Assembly (NCBI RefSeq): GCF_036321535.1
Contig: NC_087437.1
Coordinates: 34,350,001-34,414,000 of the forward strand
DNA length: 64,000 bases
Direction: 5' to 3'
Source of the DNA: Camelus dromedarius
Lineage: Eukaryota
The position numbers and the translations under genes are program-made. Positions 56,545-64,000 of this stretch are shown piece by piece; within the stretch, counting starts at the first letter, position 1, and each line of letters opens with the position of its first letter. The notes beneath the pieces are model-generated. The model did no database searches. It was not told where the DNA came from and saw only the letters and a list, made by a program, of their open reading frames with translations.

Positions 56545-56682
56545 CCCAGTTTTATCACACAAGCGTAAAGTATGAAATGATCCAACAGCAAATAATTCTC
56601 CATCTGGAGCCCAGGCAACTGAGGTAATCGGATGCTCATGAGGTTGTGAACTGTACAGAGGGCGGCCGTAACTATCCCATAC
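56545..56682 (-). CDS. IFT80: IFT80 coding exon (~exon 8), 138 bp: [46 protein letters not shown]
   Basis: Acceptor tttgtag|GTA, donor GGG|gtaag; phase 0/0. Confidence 0.97.
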
Positions 56683-57406
56683 CTACAAAAAGCAAATTTT
56701 TAAAAAATTTTTATAATAGTCACCATGCTATTACAAACAAGTTTGCCCTCCAGTAAAGTACCAAGTAAATATTTAGAAATCATTACTTTATAATATTAGC
56801 AATTGTATGTCTTTACCATCAAACAAGGCGGGGTGGAGGTGGGAAGGGACGCTGTATTCCTTGAACCAAAATATCTCAAAAAAAATGTTATGGTAACATT
56901 GTGATAACTTCAGATTTTACTAAGTCTTTAATCATAAAACCTTGAGTACTTTCAAATTAAATAACAAAGTTTTGAGATGTTCAGTTTTCTGCTTAAATTT
57001 TTCTGTCCAATAAATGCTCTATCAACTTTCCCTGAAAGTATTTATTTCAATTACATTTCCTCTAACCTTAGTTACATTAAATCTTATTCTTCTTCTTCCT
57101 GAAGCTGATTAATGTTTAATAAACCAGTAAGGTTGACTTTTTAAAATTTAAATTGATTTGACTTAAATAGTCACTAAAGCTAGGAATTATATTTATGTTG
57201 CTACTCTTTAAATCAAATTCTATAGGTCAATGAAATAGGCCAATGAGAAAGGCAACACTTCAAAATACCACTTAAAATTATAAAATAACAACTTGCTAAG
57301 TCATCAGTGTTAAAAGATATGGCTAAAGTGAAGGACTAAAAGACTATTCTTATATGTTAAATACTTTTCACTGAAATTCAATTCTTTAAACCAGGTGATA
57401 CATTCA

Positions 57407-57508
<102 letters not shown>

Positions 57509-59414
57509 CTATAAGAAAAACAAATGACATTAATTATAACTTCAAGAGCACTGAAAAGTTTTTTAAATAAGAAAAGACTTTTTTTTTCTTTCTAATGATA
57601 CTCTTGTCTTCTTGGAGAAGGTTCCTATCTTCCTTTCATAGCCATTATGCATAACCTATTTGCTTGTTTCATTTCCAGTGTAAACTAAGGAAAGCATGTC
57701 ATACTCTGATATCCACTATATAACTTACATCTTTATAAATTTCCTCAATTGCCTGGATTCCAGATGGAAATCACTTGCTGTTAAACTATTCCAAGCTTGA
57801 CATTTGTGGGATAATAACAGAACGAATATGTTATGTATTCCAAAACTCAGCTGAATCCAAATTTTTCTTGAAGACTATAAGGTACATTTTAATATCTGAG
57901 CCAAATAACTGTGCATCAAAGAGTGGTTGATTTTGAGGGCCCTCTCTATAGACCCTTCCCACTCTATTGTTCTTAACGTATACAGAATAAAATATTAAAT
58001 TAGGGTCAAATAAGCTCCAAGAATAAGCAGTAATTCATAGCTTGCTTTACTCAAGATATATAAAAATACATACTCAAAAACAAATGTTTTGATAAGCAGT
58101 AATTTTCACAATTTACTGCTAAATTAATCCTACGTCCTGAAATAAACCACAATGATGAAAATAATGTATACAGATACAGATATATATGGATACACACATG
58201 CAGAGATTCTCAAGAGTTTCATTTTAAAGCTAAAAAAATAAAATTTTACATATCAAAATTTAGAAACAAAATATGATTGAAAATTTCCTGATACTGTAAT
58301 TTAGGATATCAATTACATATTACATATATTTAGATACTACATATAATGCATATACAGTTTTCAATTATTTCTTAATGTATTAGGCATTTTGTGAAATTCC
58401 TTTGAACAGTAAGCCCCTTGAAGGCAGGATTTATGTTCTGTTTCACTCTGAATACCTTACACCTAGCATAGTGCCGGGGCTGTAGTAAGTATGCAGCATA
58501 TTCTCACTCAGTGACTAAATAAATAGAAGTCTCCTCAGTATGAAACCAAGTTCTGGGTCCTTAGAAGAGTCCCTCAAACTCTTAAGGGAAATGAGGTATA
58601 TACTTTCGAACTGTATTCTACAAGCAAGAATTAAATAAGCATTCTTTTTTGTCAACAATCCAAATTTGAGTATGTATTTATGCCCAAGGAGAACTGCTGC
58701 TGCTTTCGTTTTCCAAAAGGAATAGAAGATTTGCACTGTTACTAATTATACTTTAACTCTAGCTGAATTTTGGCAATGGATACTTTTCTTTCCCTCCACT
58801 AACTCCTGAGCCAAAGGTTCTACTGCACCACTAAACTATAACTTAATTTATCAATGGTGACATCACCATCTTCCTGAGTTTCATTTATATAAGCCTAATT
58901 ACAGGTATCTAAAGAAATCACACAACTATAAACTAAAAGATTATCTTGCCGATTTTTGCTGCAGAATTTCAAAGCACATTTGCAGAGTATAAGTGGTATG
59001 GAAGGACTCTGACCAAAGGCAGTCAGAGCCAGTCCTCTTTCTCAGCTTCTTCCCTCTGCCCAAATTCTTCTATTTCTTGTTGTTCCATAGTTCTTAGCAG
59101 AGCGTTCTGCATGCAGTAAAAATGTAAATGCATGTTGACTGTATGGAATATGTAAAACCAAATCTACACAGAAGTTATTAATATGGAACCTCAAAGTCAT
59201 TTCTACGTCCTTACTCTCCAAATTGGCTATCTACTCAACTGTTAAATCTGATGCTGCTTCTTACAATACTTCCATACTTGTCTTGACAGTCCATCTCCAG
59301 CACCAGATCCCTTATCCAGGGCCTAGTCATTCTATACCATTTATCTGGACTCCTTGGCTCTAACCGATAGAGATGATATAATAATACTTAACAGCAATAT
59401 TAACAACTACTCTA

Positions 59415-59655
59415 TATCGAGCACTTATCTTGGCACTCAATATGCCTACTATATGCACTGTCCTATGCACTTTGCAATTTAACTTATTTAATCCTCACAA
59501 CAATCCTATCAAGTATGTATCAGCATAGCACCTAAGAGATGAGAAAGCTGAGACTCTGAGATATTTTATAACTTGCCCCAAGTCATATATAAGTAAGTGA
59601 GCGTTCAAACCTAGGTGAGGAACTCAGAAGCCTATATTCTTCTTATCCACACTAC
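59415..59655 (-). mobile_element. MIR SINE
   Basis: 'ttatttaatcctcacaacaatcctat...agatgagaaagctgagactctgaga...aacttgccccaagtca'. Confidence 0.7.
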
Positions 59656-60264
59656 ACTTAATGTGAAGAAAATGATTCTGCCTTTTAACATTGAAATCAA
59701 ACATCAAATCCTGCACATAGGCTTAAAGGTTTTCCATTCATTTGACCTACCCTGACCTGTCTTAACTGCCATTATTGTTTTGCTTCCATATAATTGGTAA
59801 AATTATATACACCCAATTTGTTCTAAACATTACACTGACTCCTCCCCTCCACTCTAAAAATACTAAAAGAATTTTAGGGTCTTAGAGAAAGCTCATGTGT
59901 ACTGAACAGACAATGAGGAGGCAGAGGAAGAAGATTCGGTAGATGTTGATAAAAAAAAAGTCTAAACAAGCTCTTTAAGTTTTATGATTTAGTCCTGTTT
60001 TGCCTCAAATCTATATATGTGAGGTTGACTGCTAAACTGAAAGATGGCTATTGTGCCAAATCATGTGACATTTTAGTAACTCAAAACACATTTATGATTT
60101 ATTGGTATAATGTGAGTTGGAATAAGGGGGAAGTGAACTTTGTTGAAAATATAACCAGATATTCCCTGTTTTGTAATAAAAACTGATAAAACTACATACT
60201 TAAAAGCCTCAGACTGTAATAAGACCACCCAGAAGGAAGGGACTCCTAGGAAAGTGACCTTTTA

Positions 60265-60540
<276 letters not shown>

Positions 60541-61916
60541 TTATTCAATGGCCCAAACTGGAGTATAGCCTGATACTGAAACACAGGGTTAATACTGGCC
60601 ATTGAAAATCTACCGTGAGCAACTGATAAACTATATTTTTTACTAACTTTGATCTTGATGAGAAAATATGGAGTTTTTAGAAATTCAAGAGTGTGTTATC
60701 ACAATACATAAAATAAAATATACTTCGTCATTTTAAGGTATAAAGAGGTATCAGAAAAGTCATGATTTATCATTTCCCATTATCAACAGCTGCTGTGTAG
60801 TGGTTTGATATGATTTCAAATCCATTTGTTCATAACAAAAATGAAGTTGTTTCGATCTAAGAATGAAGCTGTTTTTATAAGTAAAGCTCTTTTACCGTAA
60901 GAGTGACGTGGTTGCATCAGTATATCATCATCAATGCCTGTGGCTGCTGCTAAAGCACTCAGCAGCTCAGCAGCTGAGGGGCACCGCCAGGGGCTTCTCA
61001 ATAAGAACAAATGAAGAAGCAACTATGTTGAGGGGACATTTAGTCTATAAATACCCAGAACCTGTGAGGATTGAGAATGGTTGGTTCCAGCAAGGTGACT
61101 CTGCTGATCTAAACAGCTCTCTGAAGACCTGGGGGCATTAGCTCCTACCAGGGTAAGACCCTTTACTGGCAACAATAAAAAGCCCTGCCAAGATCACCTA
61201 GCCCGTAGACACAGAGTCTTTGTTCCCTAGCAACATGCTCCAGCAACAATTGACTTTCCCTTCTGTGCCTTCCGCTTGTGGTTGACTAAGGCAACTTTCC
61301 TGAGAACCAACCTGTAGAAAGGTAAACCTCAAATGAATTTGACTTTATTTCTTTATTTTATTTATCATTGGTTTGGAGTATATTTCTTTATTGGCTTATT
61401 AAAAGACATTATCCTGTATGCTATTGGCTTGTGAAATTATAATTACCGCATTAAACCTGTGTTAAACAAAATTGACAAAGACAATCTGCATCTCTGAGCA
61501 TAATTTGCTGCAAAACAAAACAACAGCCATCAGTGTTTAAACTGATTCAATGCATATGTTGATTTAAATTTTCCATACAATAATACACATGGTATATTCA
61601 CCTAATAGATTAATTCTCATCTCTGATGCTGCTACAGGCAACAGAACTTCCCCTCATCTGCTGCTTAACTAGTAGTCTAATGGACAGAATTTACCCTGCC
61701 CCAAAATAATCTATCCCTCCCACCTATGAATTCATAAAAGGCAAATTAAATATCAGGTATGGGAAAGTTTTGCTATCTATCAAGTATGGCTTTGACCTGA
61801 AAGCTAGGCTAAGGTACTTCCAGGATAAAGTTGACTCTACTTCCAGGGAAAAGGTACAAGTTTGATTTATTCACCATACTATAAACTACATTAAATTTCA
61901 TAGGGTTCTCAATTTT

Positions 61917-61988
61917 CTAGGATAGGAATTTAGAGATTCCTAGGATAGGAACCCTAGAGATTCCTAGGCTAGGAATCCTAGAGATAGG
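61917..61988. repeat. Three copies of a 23-24 bp unit (ctaggataggaa..tagagattc) with an internal palindrome
   Basis: Units ctaggataggaatttagagattc / ctaggataggaaccctagagattc / ctaggctaggaatcctagagatag. Confidence 0.85.
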
Positions 61989-64000
61989 ATTTAGGTATTT
62001 GTTAACTCAATTATTTTCTAGGGTATCTAAAATCTTCTAGAAGGCTATGCTTTATCTGAGTCTACTTTTTGAAAAATGAGTATCATATCATTTGAGAGCA
62101 TTAAATTATCTGTGCTCCACTGTCTGACCCAGTTTTTGTAAATTCATTAGGAAAGTGAATCAAGGTTGTACAATTAATCTATGAAATATTAACCCATTTA
62201 TATTCATAAAGTCAAGCTTTAAAAATTGTCTAGGATTCCTAAGTCAGACTATTGTTAGCAGTTGACTTTCTATGAATGAATAAATAAATCTTTCAGGAAT
62301 TTACATTCTCAGCAAAATGAAATCTGAATCTGAGGATTCATGAGCAATCAATAAGATTTGTTTATTTAAATGGAAAGCCCAATTGATGCTAAGCAACAGG
62401 AAGTAATCAGTAATCAACAGGGAGTAAATTTCAGTAAGATAAATGCTTGTGTTTAAGTGGCACCCTACTCCTTTCCTGCAATTTTTTCCCAGCCAGAACA
62501 TAATTCAACTGAGAGCAAGTCTCAGTGGTTTTCAGGACTTAGAGAGTCTGATTTAGACCTACTCCAAAAAAACTCCTTGAAGTATTCCTTCTACTGTGTA
62601 GGTTAGGTATTATATTGGGTCTAAATATCCTGTTCTGGCAATGACACCTAGAACTGTTCTGTATCAGAGGAACCTGCAGATGGCCAATGAGATGGCTGAC
62701 CTCAGAAGGCACTTTTTCTGCTGTATTTGGTGAGTACACTCTTCTGGAACATTCTGTGGGGCTGCCAGGAGCTGATCTGGGCTTCAAAGTAAATCTCCAG
62801 ATGAACAGAATTCAACTCACATAACCCGCCCAGAAAATGTAAGTCAAAATTTCAGATATTTCAAAAGTGATTCTTGGTGAGGACTGGAAGGGACTAGGGG
62901 AGGAAAGCGTATTTGATAGTACAGTAGAATTATAGGTGCCTTCTTTATTTCCATTATTATAGTTACAATTATTGTGCAAAAAAGTAAATGTGTATTTTAA
63001 GTATAGACTATCAAATCTTCATGAATACACTCAGTGAAATTATATTTTCCTGGGTGTACACAAAACTATGACAAACATCTACCCCCAAGGAAATAATTCA
63101 GTAAACACATCTCCCATTGAGTTATACAGGATGTGACTCTAGTCCTTTAGTTGTGGTAAAAGGCATGGTTTGGGGTATAGGATGAGGAGCTAGGGACGCT
63201 TATGTCCTTTTTAACACTGAATTTGTGGCCCCATTTAGTCAGCTGTGTCACCATTTCCTTGTTTATCAATCTTACAAATCTTCAGAATACTTATTTCCCT
63301 GCTGGGACATGGAGATTATTCATTTCCTGCTTATAAAACAATTTTTAAACAATAATAATATTACAGAAAAACATATAGTAACACAGTATAAAACCAAATA
63401 AACTTATAGAGGAAAAGCTAAGTAATTCCTTTGTTATAACATGTGTTTTTTAACCACATTTCTTCAGTCAAAAAACAAACATGGAGTTATGCTAAAGAAG
63501 CAATCCTAAATTATGAGATCAATAGCTAAGTCTCATTAGTTCCATTTTCCTAACCACCAATATTCAAAATGCATATAACATCAAGAACTAAAAAAAGTCT
63601 TCATTATATTCATTCTTTAAATTTAAAATAGAATGTTGAGTATGAAACTACTATATATTTGGGTGGTTCTGGTGAAGATCATTATTGAAAGTGGATGAAT
63701 TAGCTTCATAAAGAAAAGAATGGTTTCTATTATTAAAAAATCCACTAGCATTTGAAACAAATCTGTAATATTTAAAATGTTTTTAAAAATATACTTATTA
63801 AAGCACTGAATTATTTCCAGTGCTACACTTCACTTTGCAAAGTCAGTATGGAAATAATAACATAGACTTCAGGTTAAATAACTTTAAAACAAAAAGTTTG
63901 GCAAATTATGTAATGCGATGTTATTAACTTCATCATTAACAAAAAATGGACAAAAATTAAAAGTTGTATAATTAAATATTTCTTGCTTTTTATGCTGGGA

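Noticed and set aside
61917..61988. Palindromic ~24-bp repeats superficially like a CRISPR array
   Set aside because: The units are contiguous with no unique spacers, there are no cas genes, and the context is a mammalian intron.

Overview
This is AT-rich, CpG-depleted mammalian genomic DNA, most likely from a camelid: four tRNA-derived SINEs resemble the camelid Vic-1 family. The whole window lies inside the intraflagellar transport gene IFT80 on the minus strand. I mapped 14 consecutive coding exons by hand (equivalent to human exons 6-19; 1784 coding bp, about residues 147-741). All have GT-AG boundaries, consistent phases and no internal stop. The start of the gene lies beyond 64000 and the last coding exon lies below position 1. 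The introns are filled with L1, L2, MIR, SINE, solo LTR/MaLR and DNA-transposon (Tigger1, MER5, MER63) remnants, and most of the supplied short ORFs are noise. I found no convincing new gene or biological system. The best leads cluster around exon 9: three amino-acid changes against the human protein as I recall it, a poly(A)-only insertion that creates a cryptic AG|GT site upstream, and a sense-oriented LTR poly(A) signal downstream. Other leads are RFX X-box-like clusters in the 5'-most intron, nested retro-insertions with intact target-site duplications (TSDs), a near-perfect 144-bp tandem duplication and a palindromic repair scar. Repeat family names and comparisons with human IFT80 come from recall, not from a database search.
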